NCBI GenBank assembly: GCA_965217185.1
Contig: OZ244252.1
Span: 2,272,001 to 2,336,000 of the forward strand
From: an uncultured Candidatus Entotheonella sp.
Lineage (GTDB): Bacteria; Tectomicrobia; Entotheonellia; Entotheonellales; Entotheonellaceae
Reading direction: 5' to 3'
DNA: 64,000 nt
A program made the translations under genes and the position numbers. The notes beneath the pieces are model-generated. The model searched no databases, was not told the DNA's origin, and was given only the letters and a program-made list of their open reading frames with translations. Positions 38,350-49,749 of the stretch are shown here, one piece after another (position 1 is the stretch's first letter; every line of letters starts with the position of its first letter).

Positions 38350-39663
38350 TCAGACGGGGGTAGTGGAACAGGGGACGCCAACGGCGAGCGTGGAGGTCGT
38401 GGTGTTCTGCTGAAGGATGAGACGGCGATAAAGTCGCACATTGTTCTCGACGATGAGAGGCCAAGCGAAAGCTTGTGCCCGTTCGGGGCCGGCTTGGCGC
38501 ATGGCGCTTTGCAATTGCGGGGAGGCCAGGAGGCGAGAAATGGCCTGCGCAAAGGCCCGCCAGTCGCCCGAGGGAACCAGCAAGCCGGAATCGCCGTGAA
38601 CGATTGTGGAGGCCAAGCCGCCGACTTCCGACGCCACCACCGGCGTGCCGCAGGCCATCGCTTCCAATGCCACCATGCCGAATGATTCGTAGTGCGACGG
38701 CATGACAAAAATGTCGGCGGCAGCGTAATACTGAGCCAATTTTTCCTGGGGCTGTGCCTTGATGTAATGCACGTTGTTCAGCCCCAATCTGTGTCCCAGC
38801 GTTTGCAGGCGGCTGAGTTCCGCCGTTTCACGCTCATCCTGATCATCGAGCCCGCCGCCGACGATCAGAACGCATACGTCCGGGTAGTCACGACGGATGT
38901 CGGCGGCGGCCCGCAGCATGGTGTCAATACCTTTGGAAGGCTGTAGGCGCCCGACAGAGAGCAGGATTGGCGCCTCGGGCGGCAATGACAAATCAGCCTT
39001 GGCACGCCGTTTATCCTGGGGCTGAAAACGCGCCATATCCACGCCGCAAGGGATCACCGCCACGTTGGCCGGATCGACGTCATAGTGCCACACCATATGT
39101 TGCTTGCTGGCAGGGCTCTCCGCGACCAAGGCGTCGCTACCCTGGAGCACCTTGCGCTCGACCTGCAGCCGCCGTCTGGGTTCCTGCTCCCAGGGAAGCT
39201 GAGCCGCGGCGTTTTTCGGGTAACCCAGGGTATGAGACATATGCACGATGGGGAGATCGAGGGTCAGGCGAAGCTGCATCGCAACCCAGCCGGACAACCA
39301 GTAGTGACTGTGGAGGATGTCGTATTGCAAGGCGTTCTCGTTGATAAAGTCCTGCATCCCATCAACAAATTCGGGCAGGTGGTCCCAAACCCGGTGCTTG
39401 CTGTACGGCGCCGCCGGGCCGGCAGACAGATGGATGACGCGCGCTTGGTCCGCAAAATCAACTACGGTCGGATGGCAAGGGTCCTGGCGGCGCGTGTAAA
39501 CGTCCACGGCGATGCCTAACCCGCTCAAGTGGCGGCTCAGTTCCCGCACGTAAACATTCATGCCACCGGTTTCGCGGCCGCCCAAGGTGGCCAACGGACA
39601 GCTATGCACGCTGATCATGGCCACTCGCCGCGGTGGTAGCACGGGGGGCGCGACGGACCTCAT
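38350..39663 (-). CDS. GT4 glycosyltransferase, MshA-like
   Basis: HSCPLA.LGGRETGGMNVYV, HSHYWLSG, VGRLQP.KG and ESFGMVALEA motifs. Confidence 0.85.
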   Translation of the reverse strand: MRSVAPPVLPPRRVAMISVHSCPLATLGGRETGGMNVYVRELSRHLSGLGIAVDVYTRRQDPCHPTVVDFADQARVIHLSAGPAAPYSKHRVWDHLPEFVDGMQDFINENALQYDILHSHYWLSGWVAMQLRLTLDLPIVHMSHTLGYPKNAAAQLPWEQEPRRRLQVERKVLQGSDALVAESPASKQHMVWHYDVDPANVAVIPCGVDMARFQPQDKRRAKADLSLPPEAPILLSVGRLQPSKGIDTMLRAAADIRRDYPDVCVLIVGGGLDDQDERETAELSRLQTLGHRLGLNNVHYIKAQPQEKLAQYYAAADIFVMPSHYESFGMVALEAMACGTPVVASEVGGLASTIVHGDSGLLVPSGDWRAFAQAISRLLASPQLQSAMRQAGPERAQAFAWPLIVENNVRLYRRLILQQNTTTSTLAVGVPCSTTPV

Positions 39664-40697
39664 ACGCACGACTCCTGAACCGGACAAACGCTCCGCACCA
39701 TGAACTGCGACAGCGGGCGGTCACTCGCGCCGAAGCGATACTTGTAGGCTTCATTGCCGCGCAAAAAGTCGAAAGCAACGAAGCCGCGGTCAATGGCGCT
39801 GCGAATGCGATTGGCAAACAGCACGATCCCCGCGCTCAAGACGCCGTAATCTGGATGGTAACCTGAATTATACGCCGCATAGGTGGTGCCGTAGGTCATA
39901 CAGCACAGCCCCGCGATGGGGCGGGCATCGGCATGCAGGAAGGCCAGTTCCAGCCACCCCTCCCGCCATAGTTGATGTGCCATGTCTCTGAAGAACGCCA
40001 CTTTTGCCGGGGTCATGAAGCCCTGCTTGTCGTCCTGCTGGCTCATGCGGTGCAGCGCGATGAAGGTATCCAGGTCCTCGTCAAGCCGATCCGGCGTGTC
40101 GGTGACGGTGTATGCCAACTCGGCGGCGTTCTCAGCGCGGCGAATCTTACGGCGCAACTCATGGCGGTCCTTGCCGCGCAGGGTGGCCAGGTAGGCGTTC
40201 CAATCCGCGGGCAACACGATGGTGGGGCAGGTTTCGATCGTCTCGGTTTCCACAAGCAGCCCCTGTTTGGTCAAGCTGTCCTGTAGCAGGGCTGCCGTCG
40301 CCGAACTGGCCGACAGATTGTTCAGGCAGATTTCCACATCTTCACTGGCTTGTGACATGAGGTAATCCGCCATCGCCTGCACCACGTCATCCTGCCGGTA
40401 CGGAGCGATAAGCAGGTCAAAATAATCGCACAGCTCAAGATCGCCAATGAACCCCAGACGGGTGGAATCGGCGGCGGCGTTACTACGCATCAGAGGCGCT
40501 AAGCCTTGTAGCTGGCCATCGTTGGAGCGCACCGTGAGGATCGACAATTGCCGTCCCGCCCCGAAATGGCGCCACCACGTTTCCTGCCAATGCGGGGTGA
40601 AGAACACGCTCTGAAAAGTCGTCTCGCCGAGCAGCCGCAGCCACTCTGGCCGAAGGGTTTGAAAGGCCGTTTCGGCCGTCAAAACATCAACATGCAT
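39660..40697 (-). CDS. GNAT family (CelD/BcsL, Acetyltransf_6-like) transferase
   Basis: SVF.TP.W..WW.HF, CDY.D, YNSG and FDFLRGNEAYKYRFGA motifs. Confidence 0.82.
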   Translation of the reverse strand: MHVDVLTAETAFQTLRPEWLRLLGETTFQSVFFTPHWQETWWRHFGAGRQLSILTVRSNDGQLQGLAPLMRSNAAADSTRLGFIGDLELCDYFDLLIAPYRQDDVVQAMADYLMSQASEDVEICLNNLSASSATAALLQDSLTKQGLLVETETIETCPTIVLPADWNAYLATLRGKDRHELRRKIRRAENAAELAYTVTDTPDRLDEDLDTFIALHRMSQQDDKQGFMTPAKVAFFRDMAHQLWREGWLELAFLHADARPIAGLCCMTYGTTYAAYNSGYHPDYGVLSAGIVLFANRIRSAIDRGFVAFDFLRGNEAYKYRFGASDRPLSQFMVRSVCPVQESCV

Positions 40698-40763
40698 GAA
40701 AGAGTCCTTACCAAAAGGAAGGCAGGCACCACGCGGCCTCGTCAACTGCGACCTGCGAATCCG

Positions 40764-41345
40764 TCAAGCAGGAAGCAGGTCGACCCCCGCGGCGTGGCTG
40801 AGGGACGGCCGGTACGAATAACGGACAAAACCGATAATGTTGTAGTACGTGACACGCTGAAACTCGCGAAAGCCCGCCTTGCGAACGCCGCGAATCGAAG
40901 CCACGTTGTCACTCATCACGAAAATCAAGGCGCGCCGCAGCCCGGCCTCCCGGCTGTGTTCCAAAACCCGTTGCAAAACAGCCGGATACAGATTCTGCCC
41001 GCGATGTTCCGCGAAGGTAAAGGCGTCGTACAGGTAGATTTCGTCAGCGCGCGGGTTGATAGCGCAGCCGATCTCGCCGATCTCGACCGCTTTCTGGGTA
41101 ACCCAGCAATACGAAACGATCTTGTTGGTGTCGTTATGGGCTGTCCAGACGAGTTCGCCGCGGTCGAATCGGGTTTGAAACAAGTACCGGTCGGTAACGT
41201 GATCGACATTGGTTTGCTCTGCCCAAGCCGCGGCGTCCAACCGCTTGTAGTCAACGGCTAGCCGGGCTTCACACGACGGCAGCGCGCCGGACGTGAGATC
41301 AACTTCGAACAAGCACAGTGTCTTTTTTGTCAGCATCGGTGTCAT
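40764..41345 (-). CDS. GNAT family N-acetyltransferase
   Basis: YDAFT..EHRGQNL and DNVAS...RKAGF motifs. Confidence 0.8.
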   Translation of the reverse strand: MTPMLTKKTLCLFEVDLTSGALPSCEARLAVDYKRLDAAAWAEQTNVDHVTDRYLFQTRFDRGELVWTAHNDTNKIVSYCWVTQKAVEIGEIGCAINPRADEIYLYDAFTFAEHRGQNLYPAVLQRVLEHSREAGLRRALIFVMSDNVASIRGVRKAGFREFQRVTYYNIIGFVRYSYRPSLSHAAGVDLLPA

Positions 41346-41380
41346 GCCTTGGGCCCTGCGGGCACGGCTACCCCCGGTTC

Positions 41381-41611
41381 TCACGTTGCCTTCACGGCCC
41401 ACCGGATGACCAGCCAGCCCAGATAAAACACCGCCGCGGCCACCGCTACCCCGCCGTAGAGCAGGGCGCGGATATCCTCGGCGGTTGGAAAAATAAGCAG
41501 GATCCACCACAGCAGCAGCAGGCCGAGAACCTGAAACAGCCGCCCGCCCCAGTACGCCACTCGCCGCAGCCACCGGAACCGCTTCTCCGATGATTCGTTG
41601 CCGTGGACCAT
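41381..41611 (-). CDS. Small two-TM membrane protein
   Basis: 76 aa with two hydrophobic segments; same strand as neighbours. Confidence 0.5.
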   Translation of the reverse strand: MVHGNESSEKRFRWLRRVAYWGGRLFQVLGLLLLWWILLIFPTAEDIRALLYGGVAVAAAVFYLGWLVIRWAVKAT

Positions 41612-41747
41612 CCGTCTGATTTTCTTTCACGCCAAACCGTACGACGGAACCTTCACTTTGTCGCTCGAATCGCCAGCTCGATGGCACTCTACAAAAGCAC
41701 AAAGAAAATATGGTAGGCAGTCAGCCGCCTCCAAGCAAGCACAAAGA

Positions 41748-42149
41748 TCAACGCACAGCAACCGCGATATCACGGATTTGCGTCTGCCGTACCAATCCTA
41801 AAACCGCCATCACCTCGCCATACGGCAGCCGTTTGTCGGCCCTGATGATCACCGAATCCTGACGGTCCGGCGTGCGATTTTCGGCGAGTTTTTCCGCTAT
41901 CTCGTGCAATTGTATGGGCGTTCCGTCAAGAAGCAGTGCGTTTTGCATTCCCATCTCGATAAGGTAAGACTGCGCCGTCTGTTCGGTCTCGCCGCCCGGG
42001 GCCTCCGGCAGCTGTATGTCCAAATGGCTGCCGAGATCGACAAAGGTGGTGGAGATCATGAAGAAGATCAGCAGGAGAAAGACGATATCCGTCATGGAAA
42101 TGAGTTCAAACTGCCCACCACGATCGTCTTCATGACGCTTAAACCGCAT
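41748..42149 (-). CDS. exbD: ExbD/TolR biopolymer transporter
   Basis: MTDIVFLLLIFFMI, LP.A and IRADK..YG motifs. Confidence 0.9.
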   Translation of the reverse strand: MRFKRHEDDRGGQFELISMTDIVFLLLIFFMISTTFVDLGSHLDIQLPEAPGGETEQTAQSYLIEMGMQNALLLDGTPIQLHEIAEKLAENRTPDRQDSVIIRADKRLPYGEVMAVLGLVRQTQIRDIAVAVR

Positions 42150-42867
42150 CCGCCTGTCTCCTGAGTTCGCTTACCCTCTGTCGCTGCATGAGGTCTTCGA
42201 CGAGTTCGAGCGCCACTTCTTCCATCTCCTGCACAAAGCGGTCCACGCGGCCGCGGAAGAAATGATACAGAGCAAGGGCGGGGATGCCGATGACAAGGCC
42301 CGACGCGGTACTCAGCAGGGCGGCGGAGATGCCGTTTGCCACCAGGGAAGGATTGCTCGTGCCGGCTGCGGCGATGGCATTGAATGCGCCGATCATGCCG
42401 GCTACGGTGCCGAGAAAACCCAGCATTGGCGCCAGACTCGCGATCAGACCGAAACCGCGGATATAGCTGCTGAGGTTGTACAGCTCAAGCTGGCCGGCGA
42501 CTTCCAGCGCCTTCTCGATCTCCCCCCTGTCGGCCTCGTGACGGCCCAACCCGGCGCGCAGAATACGGGAAATGGCGGCGCGTTCCTCGTCGCAGCAGGC
42601 CAGTGCGGCTTTCACGTCACCTTTGTACCAGTGACGCCGCACCTGTTCGAGAAAGCCCGTCGGGATGATGCGCCGGCGCCGCAGCACCACGCTGCGCTCC
42701 AGCAGCAGCCCGAGGACCACCACGGAGCACAGCATAAGCCCGCCCCACGAGGCCAGGGAGGCGATGGGCAGGACCAAATCGCCGAGCTGCCCGGCGGCCT
42801 CCGAAAATGACCCGGGGAACCACTCCATGGCGTCCTCTAAGCCAGCGCTTTTAAGCCACTCGTACAT
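42139..42867 (-). CDS. exbB: MotA/TolQ/ExbB proton channel protein
   Basis: APMLGFLGTVAGMI.AF and GISAALLSTASGL..GIPA motifs. Confidence 0.9.
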   Translation of the reverse strand: MYEWLKSAGLEDAMEWFPGSFSEAAGQLGDLVLPIASLASWGGLMLCSVVVLGLLLERSVVLRRRRIIPTGFLEQVRRHWYKGDVKAALACCDEERAAISRILRAGLGRHEADRGEIEKALEVAGQLELYNLSSYIRGFGLIASLAPMLGFLGTVAGMIGAFNAIAAAGTSNPSLVANGISAALLSTASGLVIGIPALALYHFFRGRVDRFVQEMEEVALELVEDLMQRQRVSELRRQADAV

Positions 42868-45800
42868 TGTCCGTCCCCAAGAGGCCTTCCAACTGTGCCA
42901 GCAGGTCCATGGATGGTGTGACGTTGAACTGATTGGCGGCGCGCAGACTCATCTGATCGCCATCGGCAAAACGCAGTGCCAGCATGACGTCGCAGGTGCC
43001 AGGGGTCTGCGTCAGCAGGTCACGCACTTGCAGCAGCGTGTCTTGCTCCAGATGGCACGCCAGGGTCAGCGTCAGGCGCTTGAATTCGCCCAGCGTCGCC
43101 GCATCCTTCAAAGGCGCGATACGTTGGGCGATGAGACGTCCGTCACTGCTGTCGCCTTCCACTTTGCCCCAGACGATGAGCGGCGCGTCGCTCTCACAGG
43201 CGCCGATACTGTCCCGATACACGTCGGGGAAAACGGTCACTTCAAAACTGCCGTGCAAGTCCTCGATGGTCAGGAAGGCCATCCGGTCGCCCTTCTTGGT
43301 GAGTTGCGAGCGGTGCTGGGTAACAATGCCGCCGACGGTGACCGACTGTCCGCCATGGCAATCGGCGAGTTCGCGACTTGTCGTGCTGACCATGCGGCGC
43401 CACTCGTCTTGCACGGCCATCAACGGATGGCTGCTGAAATAAAATCCCAGAGCTTCCTTCTCGTAGGTCAGTTGCTCGCTGTTTGGCCATGCCGGCATGG
43501 CGTCAATCTTAGGTGCCGTAGCCGCGGCGCCCTTGGTGCTGTTGCCGAACAGGTTGATTTGACCCTCCTGACGGTCCGTCTGCTGACGCTGCGCCCACTC
43601 CAGCACGGGGGCCATGTTGGCCAGCATGTCCCAGCGCGGCATGCCCAGACAATCAAGCGCGCCGCCCTTGATTAAACCCTCGATGACCTTGCGGTTGACC
43701 TGTCGAGAATCCAACCGCTCGCACAGATTAAAGAACGACTGATACGGACCGTTCGCCTCGCGCTCTTCGACAATCGACGCAACGGCATTTTGCCCGACGC
43801 CCTTGATGGCGCCTAGGCCGAAGCGCAACTGCTCGCCGCCGACCGCAAAGCCGTAGAGCCCATCGTTGATGTTGGGCGCCAGTGTCGTCAGTCCCATGTC
43901 GCGGCAGTCACCGATATATCGCATCAGCTTGTCGGTGTTTTCCATGTCACAGCCCATCAGCGCGGCCATGAATTCGTTCGGGAAATGGGCCTTGAGGTAG
44001 GCTGTGCAATAGGCCAGCAGGGCGTAGGCGACGCTGTGGCTGCGGTTGAAGCCGTAGCCGGCGAAATAGGCCATCAGGTCGAAAATGCGCCCGGCCTGCT
44101 CCGCGGCGTAGCCGTTTCGCACCGCACCCTGGACGAAATGCTCGCGTTGCTCGTCCATCACCTCGGCCTTTTTCTTGCCCATGGCGCGGCGCAGCAGGTC
44201 GGCACCGCCGGGGGTGAAGCCGGCCAGGGTGGTGGCGATCTGCATCACCTGCTCCTGGAAGACGATGACGCCATAGGTCGAGCGCAGGATCGGCTCCAAG
44301 ACCGGCACCTCGTAGGTGATGCTCCGCCGACCATGTCGGCCCTCAATGAAATCATCCACCATGCCACTACCCAACGGGCCGGGGCGGTAGAGCGCCACCA
44401 GAGCCACCAAGTCCTCGAAGATCTCCGGTTGGAGCTTGCGCAGCAGATCGCGCACCCCACGTCCTTCAAGCTGAAAGATGCCGACGGTACGCGCCTTGGA
44501 CAGCAGTTGGTAGGTCGGCACGTCGTCAAGGGGCAGGTTGTTGCTGTCGATCTCGACGCCCCGGTTTTCCTTGATCATTTTGACAGTGTTGTGAATCACC
44601 GTGAGGGTACGCAGGCCGAGGAAATCCATTTTCAGGAGGCCCATGCCCTCCACGTCGTCCATCGTGTATTGGGTGACCACTTCGTCCTTGGCGCCCTTGG
44701 ACAGCGGCACGATGTTGTGTAGGGGCTCGGGCGAAATGACCACCCCGGCGGCGTGCACCGAGGCATGTCGCGACAGGCCCTCCAACCGCCGTGCCGTTGC
44801 GATCAGGCGTCCCACCTGCGGGTCGCGTTCCTGAATCTCACGCAGCCGCGGCTCCTCCTGAACGGCGTCGTCGAGCGACACGTTCAGGCGGTTCGGTATC
44901 AGCTTGGCGATGCGGTCCACCTCGCTGTATGGCATGTCCATGGCGCGCCCCACGTCGCGCAGGACACCCTTGGCCAGCATGGTGCCGAAGGTGATGATCT
45001 GGGCGACGTTTTCGGCACCGTATTTCTCGGTGACATAGCGAATCACCTCGTCGCGCCGCTCCATGCAGAAGTCGATGTCAATGTCGGGCATGGTGACGCG
45101 CTCGGGGTTCAGGAAGCGCTCGAACAGCAGGTCGTAGGCGAGCGGATCGACGTCGGTGATACGCAGCGCATAGGCGACCAGGCTGCCGGCCACGGATCCC
45201 CGCCCCGGCCCCACCGGAATATCGTGCTCGCGGGCGTACCGGATGAAGTCCCAGACGATCAGGAAGTACCCCGAATACCCGGTATCGCGGATGATGCCGA
45301 GTTCCTTGTCGAGACGCTGTTGGTACGCTTCGTCGTTGTGCTTGCGCTCGCCGCCGCGACTGCGGGGGTGTGTCAGGCGCTCTTCCAGCCCTTGGCGGGC
45401 GACTTGCTCCAGATAGGCGTCGAGGGGCACACCGTCCGGCGTCTGGTAACGGGGCAACAGGGGTTTGTCGAACGGCAGGTGCAGGTCACAGCGCTCGGCG
45501 ATCAGCAGCGTGTTGGTGCACGCCTCCGGCACCTCGGCGAAGACGCGGTACATCTCCTCCGGGGTCTTGACGTAGAACTCCTCCTGCTCATAGCGCATGC
45601 GTTGGGTATCGTTCACGCTCTTGCCGGTGCCGATGCACATCAGCACGTCGTGCGGCGAGGCGTCCTCTTTGCGCAAGTAGTGGCAGTCATTGGTGGCGAC
45701 GACCGGCAGGCCGAAGTCTTTGCTGAACTTGAGCAGCTCGGTGTTGGCCTGACGCTGACCGTCGACACCGTGATCCATGAGCTCCAGGTACACATTGTCG

Positions 45801-46312
45801 TGCCCCAGGATTTGGCGATAGCTGTCGATAGCGTCCGCCGCCTGCTTCATGTTGCCGTTGAGGATGTGCCCGTTGACTTCGCCCTTGAGGCAACCAGTGA
45901 GGCCGATCAACCCTTCGGCGTGCTCAGCAAGGAGTTCCTTGTCGATGCGCGGGCGGTAGTAAAAGCCCTCTAGGAAAGCCTTGCTCAGGAGTCGGGAGAG
46001 GTTTTGATAACCGGCGTAGTCGCGGGCCAGCAGCGTCAGGTGATGCGCCGCCGAGCCGATGCCTTGGCGGCTGCGGTCGAAGCGCGTGTTCGGCGCCACG
46101 TAGGTCTCGCAGCCCAGGATCGGCTTGATGCCGCGCGCCTGAGCCGCTTTGTAGAACTTCATGGCGCCGAACATGTTGCCGTGGTCGGTGATGGCCACGG
46201 CCGGCATATGAAGCTCCTTGGCGCGGTCCAGGAGTTCGTCGATGCGGTTTGCCCCATCCAGCAGGCTGAACTCGGTGTGCAGATGAAGATGAACGAAACT
46301 CTGTTGCCCCAT
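42851..46312 (-). CDS. dnaE: DNA polymerase III alpha subunit
   Basis: HLHLHTEFSLLDG, GPGRGS, PDIDIDF, KMDFLGL and YGFNRSH motifs; GGAGAAGG RBS. Confidence 0.98.
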   Translation of the reverse strand: MGQQSFVHLHLHTEFSLLDGANRIDELLDRAKELHMPAVAITDHGNMFGAMKFYKAAQARGIKPILGCETYVAPNTRFDRSRQGIGSAAHHLTLLARDYAGYQNLSRLLSKAFLEGFYYRPRIDKELLAEHAEGLIGLTGCLKGEVNGHILNGNMKQAADAIDSYRQILGHDNVYLELMDHGVDGQRQANTELLKFSKDFGLPVVATNDCHYLRKEDASPHDVLMCIGTGKSVNDTQRMRYEQEEFYVKTPEEMYRVFAEVPEACTNTLLIAERCDLHLPFDKPLLPRYQTPDGVPLDAYLEQVARQGLEERLTHPRSRGGERKHNDEAYQQRLDKELGIIRDTGYSGYFLIVWDFIRYAREHDIPVGPGRGSVAGSLVAYALRITDVDPLAYDLLFERFLNPERVTMPDIDIDFCMERRDEVIRYVTEKYGAENVAQIITFGTMLAKGVLRDVGRAMDMPYSEVDRIAKLIPNRLNVSLDDAVQEEPRLREIQERDPQVGRLIATARRLEGLSRHASVHAAGVVISPEPLHNIVPLSKGAKDEVVTQYTMDDVEGMGLLKMDFLGLRTLTVIHNTVKMIKENRGVEIDSNNLPLDDVPTYQLLSKARTVGIFQLEGRGVRDLLRKLQPEIFEDLVALVALYRPGPLGSGMVDDFIEGRHGRRSITYEVPVLEPILRSTYGVIVFQEQVMQIATTLAGFTPGGADLLRRAMGKKKAEVMDEQREHFVQGAVRNGYAAEQAGRIFDLMAYFAGYGFNRSHSVAYALLAYCTAYLKAHFPNEFMAALMGCDMENTDKLMRYIGDCRDMGLTTLAPNINDGLYGFAVGGEQLRFGLGAIKGVGQNAVASIVEEREANGPYQSFFNLCERLDSRQVNRKVIEGLIKGGALDCLGMPRWDMLANMAPVLEWAQRQQTDRQEGQINLFGNSTKGAAATAPKIDAMPAWPNSEQLTYEKEALGFYFSSHPLMAVQDEWRRMVSTTSRELADCHGGQSVTVGGIVTQHRSQLTKKGDRMAFLTIEDLHGSFEVTVFPDVYRDSIGACESDAPLIVWGKVEGDSSDGRLIAQRIAPLKDAATLGEFKRLTLTLACHLEQDTLLQVRDLLTQTPGTCDVMLALRFADGDQMSLRAANQFNVTPSMDLLAQLEGLLGTDNVRVA

Positions 46313-46340
46313 GAATGCGCCTTCTCCTCGGATGTGCTCG

Positions 46341-47804
46341 CTACTCGGACTGGTAATTCGGCGCTTCCTGCGTGACGATGACGTCGTGCACGTGGCTTTC
46401 CCGCAAGCCGGCGTTGGTGATGCGGATGAAGCGGCTGTCGCGGCGCAGGGTGGCCAGGGTACCGCAGCCGCAGTAGCCCATCCCGGCCCGCACGCCGCCG
46501 ACGAGTTGGTACACCACGTCCGCCAGCGAGCCCTTGTACGGGATGCGCCCCTCAACGCCCTCCGGCACCAGCTTGCTCGTCTGTTTCTCCTCGCCTTGGA
46601 AATAGCGGTCCCCCTTGCCGCCGGACATAGCGCCGAGGGAGCCCATGCCGCGATACGTCTTGTAACTGCGGCCCTGGTACAAAACGCGCTCGCCCGGACT
46701 TTCCTCGGTGCCCGCGAAAATGCTGCCGATCATCACGCAAGAGGCCCCCGCCGCCAGCGCCTTGACGATGTCGCCCGAATACTTGATGCCGCCGTCGGCA
46801 ATGACGGGGATGCCGAATCGCTCGCCCACCTTGGCGCACTCGGCAATCGCCGTCAGCTGCGGCACGCCGATGCCCGCCACCACACGCGTCGTGCAAATGG
46901 ACGACGGCCCCATGCCGACCTTCACCGCGTCGGCGCCGGCGTTGATGAGCGCGTTGGCAGCTTCGGCGGTGGCGACGTTGCCGCCGATGACCTGCAGGCC
47001 GGGGTACATCTTCTTGGCTTCCTCGACGGCTGCCAGGACGCTGGTGGCGTGCCCGTGAGCCGAATCGACTACCACCACGTCCACCCCGTAACGCTCCAGC
47101 TCCGCCAGCCGCTCGTGCCGGTCTTCCCCGAGGCCGACCGCCGCCCCGACGCGCAAGCGGCCCAGGGTGTCCTTGCAAGCCAGCGGATAGCGCCGGCGTT
47201 TCTCGATGTCCTTGATGGTGATCAGCCCTTTCAGGTGGAAGGCGTCGTCCACAACCAGGAGCTTCTCTATACGGTGCTGGTGCAGCAATTTCTGCGCCTC
47301 GCCCAGGCTGGTGCCCTGCGGTACCGTGACCAGGTTTTCGGACGTCATCAAGGCGGACACCGGCTGCTGCAAGTCGGTCACGAAACGCAGGTCGCGGTTG
47401 GTGAGAATCCCCGTCAGTTTTCGTCCCTCAGTGATGGGAATGCCGGAAATCCGGTAGCGCGTCATCACCTCAATGGCTTCCTGCACTTGCTGGTGCGGCC
47501 CCATGGTGATGGGATCCACGATCATGCCGCTTTCGGAGCGCTTGACCTTGTCGACCTCGGCGGCCTGCGCCTCGATGCTGAGATTCTTGTGGATGATGCC
47601 GATGCCGCCCTCCTGCGCCAGGGCGATGGCGAGATTGGCCTCGGTGACCGTATCCATTGCCGCGCTGAGCAGCGGGATGTTGAGCTCAAGGTCGTTGGTC
47701 AGCAGCGTCGCCACGTCGGTGTCGCGCGGCAGCACGTCCGAATGGGCGGGCAACAGCAACACGTCGTCAAACGTCAAGCCCTCAGGCAGTGATTCTTCGA
47801 GCAT
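46341..47804 (-). CDS. guaB: IMP dehydrogenase
   Basis: [11 protein letters not shown] pair, [10 protein letters not shown] and YRGMGS motifs. Confidence 0.98.
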   Translation of the reverse strand: MLEESLPEGLTFDDVLLLPAHSDVLPRDTDVATLLTNDLELNIPLLSAAMDTVTEANLAIALAQEGGIGIIHKNLSIEAQAAEVDKVKRSESGMIVDPITMGPHQQVQEAIEVMTRYRISGIPITEGRKLTGILTNRDLRFVTDLQQPVSALMTSENLVTVPQGTSLGEAQKLLHQHRIEKLLVVDDAFHLKGLITIKDIEKRRRYPLACKDTLGRLRVGAAVGLGEDRHERLAELERYGVDVVVVDSAHGHATSVLAAVEEAKKMYPGLQVIGGNVATAEAANALINAGADAVKVGMGPSSICTTRVVAGIGVPQLTAIAECAKVGERFGIPVIADGGIKYSGDIVKALAAGASCVMIGSIFAGTEESPGERVLYQGRSYKTYRGMGSLGAMSGGKGDRYFQGEEKQTSKLVPEGVEGRIPYKGSLADVVYQLVGGVRAGMGYCGCGTLATLRRDSRFIRITNAGLRESHVHDVIVTQEAPNYQSE

Positions 47805-47848
47805 GGTGGTGACCTCCTTCTGGAACCATAAGTGTGGACGGTGTCCCT

Positions 47849-49660
47849 CTAACACCGCAGGAATTTCTTTTCGATCTCGGGCAGGGCGACGTGCAAAAGC
47901 ACGGGGCGGCCATGCGGGCAAGTGAACGGCATGTTGCTGCGTGCCAAATCGTGCATCAGAGCGCGCATCTCTTCATCTTGCAAGCGCTGGTGGGCGCGGA
48001 TGGCAGCATGACAGGCAGTGACCGTCAGCAGGCGGTGAAAGAGCCTTGGCAGGCCCTCTTCAAACACGTCTTCGACGGTGGGTGAGCGCAACGTTTCGAG
48101 AATGTCCATTAAGGCGGCGGAATAGTCACGGCTGGCAAGCACGGCTGGCACGCTGAGCAGGCGAAAGGTGTTGCCCCCAAAATGCTCCAGACTGAAACCG
48201 AGCGATTCCAGTTGCGGCAGGCAACTCTCAACCCACTGCGGGTCGGTGGCGCCCAAATCGAGCGTGGTTGGGAACAGCAGGCGCTGCGATGCCACTGGGC
48301 CGTCGTCCATCTGGGCGCGTAGACGCTCGTACACGATGCGCTCGTGGGCCGCATGCTGGTCAACGAACATCACACCACCCGGGTATTGCAGCAATAGGTA
48401 GGTGTCGTGCAGTTGCCCCACCGGGCGCCCTTCCAGAATGACTCGATTGGCCTCTGGGTAGCCGGCGTAAAGGTTGAGCCCTTGCGTCGGCTGGGCGGGC
48501 ACGGGGCAGCCAACAGGCAGGGACGGGTCGGGCACGTCGTCGGGTTCCCCTCGCATCTCGGCGGCGCTGACCTGACCTGTCTGCCACATCATCGGCACGT
48601 TGCCGCGGGCGGGCGTCTCGGGGGGCGGGAACGTCGCCTGGCCGTTGCCTGCCGCATTCGGCCTGGGGGCGCTGAGACTCTCCTGCAAACGCCGCTGGAA
48701 GAGGCGCCGCAAATGATCGTACAGGCGCGCCTCTTGGCGAAACCGCACCTCAAGCTTGGCCGGATGCACGTTCACGTCAACGTCGCTGCCGGGCAGAGTG
48801 AGAAACAGGAAGCTCACCGGATGTCGGTCTCGCGGCAGCAGCGTTCGGTACGCCTCATAGAGCGCGTGGCTGATCGGGCGGCTCTGCACCAAACGCCCAT
48901 TGACGAACAGAAACTGCTGCCGCCGCGTGGCGCGGTGAAAGGTCGCCTTGGCGATAAAGCCGTGCACCCGCAGGCCGTCCGTGCTGTCCTCCAGCGGCAG
49001 CAGTTCTTGCTGCAGACCCGCCCCGAAGATGGCCTCGATGCGCTCGCCGAGGCTTCCTGCCGGCGCCTGGGTGTGCAGCCGGTCGTTCAAATGAAGGCTC
49101 ATGTGGACGTGCTGGGCCAGCAATGCCAGGCCGGTGAAGCACTGGGTGATGTGGCTGGCCTCGGTGGTGGGATGCTTGAGGAATTTCAGGCGGGCCGGGG
49201 TGTTGTAGAAAAGCTCGCTGACCCGTAGGGACGTGCCCGGTGGGGCGCCGCAGGTTTCCACGCCTGCAAACTCGCCGCCGTCTATCCTGACGCGCGTTGC
49301 GGCCTTGTCTGCCTGGCACCGCGTGACCAGGTGCAGGCGAGACACCGATGCGATGCTGGGGAGCGCCTCGCCGCGGAAGCCGAGGGTCGCCAAGTCGTCG
49401 AGGTCCGCCAGGGCCGTTATCTTGCTGGTCGCGTGGCGCGTGAAGCACTGCACCGCGTCGTCGGCGTCCATACCGATGCCGTCGTCATCCACCTGGATCA
49501 GCTCGACGCCACCCTTTTGCACCGCCACCTTGATGGTTTGCGCCTGCGCATCCAGAGCGTTTTCGAGCAGTTCCTTGACGATGGAAGCCGGGCGCTCCAC
49601 CACCTCGCCGGCGGCAATATGATTGATCACCCCCTCGGGCAGCGTCTGCACCCGTCCCAT
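47849..49660 (-). CDS. mutL: DNA mismatch repair endonuclease MutL
   Basis: [33 protein letters not shown] and CPHGRP motifs. Confidence 0.97.
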   Translation of the reverse strand: MGRVQTLPEGVINHIAAGEVVERPASIVKELLENALDAQAQTIKVAVQKGGVELIQVDDDGIGMDADDAVQCFTRHATSKITALADLDDLATLGFRGEALPSIASVSRLHLVTRCQADKAATRVRIDGGEFAGVETCGAPPGTSLRVSELFYNTPARLKFLKHPTTEASHITQCFTGLALLAQHVHMSLHLNDRLHTQAPAGSLGERIEAIFGAGLQQELLPLEDSTDGLRVHGFIAKATFHRATRRQQFLFVNGRLVQSRPISHALYEAYRTLLPRDRHPVSFLFLTLPGSDVDVNVHPAKLEVRFRQEARLYDHLRRLFQRRLQESLSAPRPNAAGNGQATFPPPETPARGNVPMMWQTGQVSAAEMRGEPDDVPDPSLPVGCPVPAQPTQGLNLYAGYPEANRVILEGRPVGQLHDTYLLLQYPGGVMFVDQHAAHERIVYERLRAQMDDGPVASQRLLFPTTLDLGATDPQWVESCLPQLESLGFSLEHFGGNTFRLLSVPAVLASRDYSAALMDILETLRSPTVEDVFEEGLPRLFHRLLTVTACHAAIRAHQRLQDEEMRALMHDLARSNMPFTCPHGRPVLLHVALPEIEKKFLRC

Positions 49661-49749
49661 CACTCGCTCCGCTCGTGCTGTTCGCAACGAATATGCCCCG
49701 TCTACGCGCGCTGGGCTCGCTTCGTGGGGCTGTGGCGTCCTTCCGCGTT

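Noticed and set aside
42851..46312. Intein or split in dnaE
   Set aside because: Length (~1,150 aa) and motif order are normal, with no intein motifs seen.
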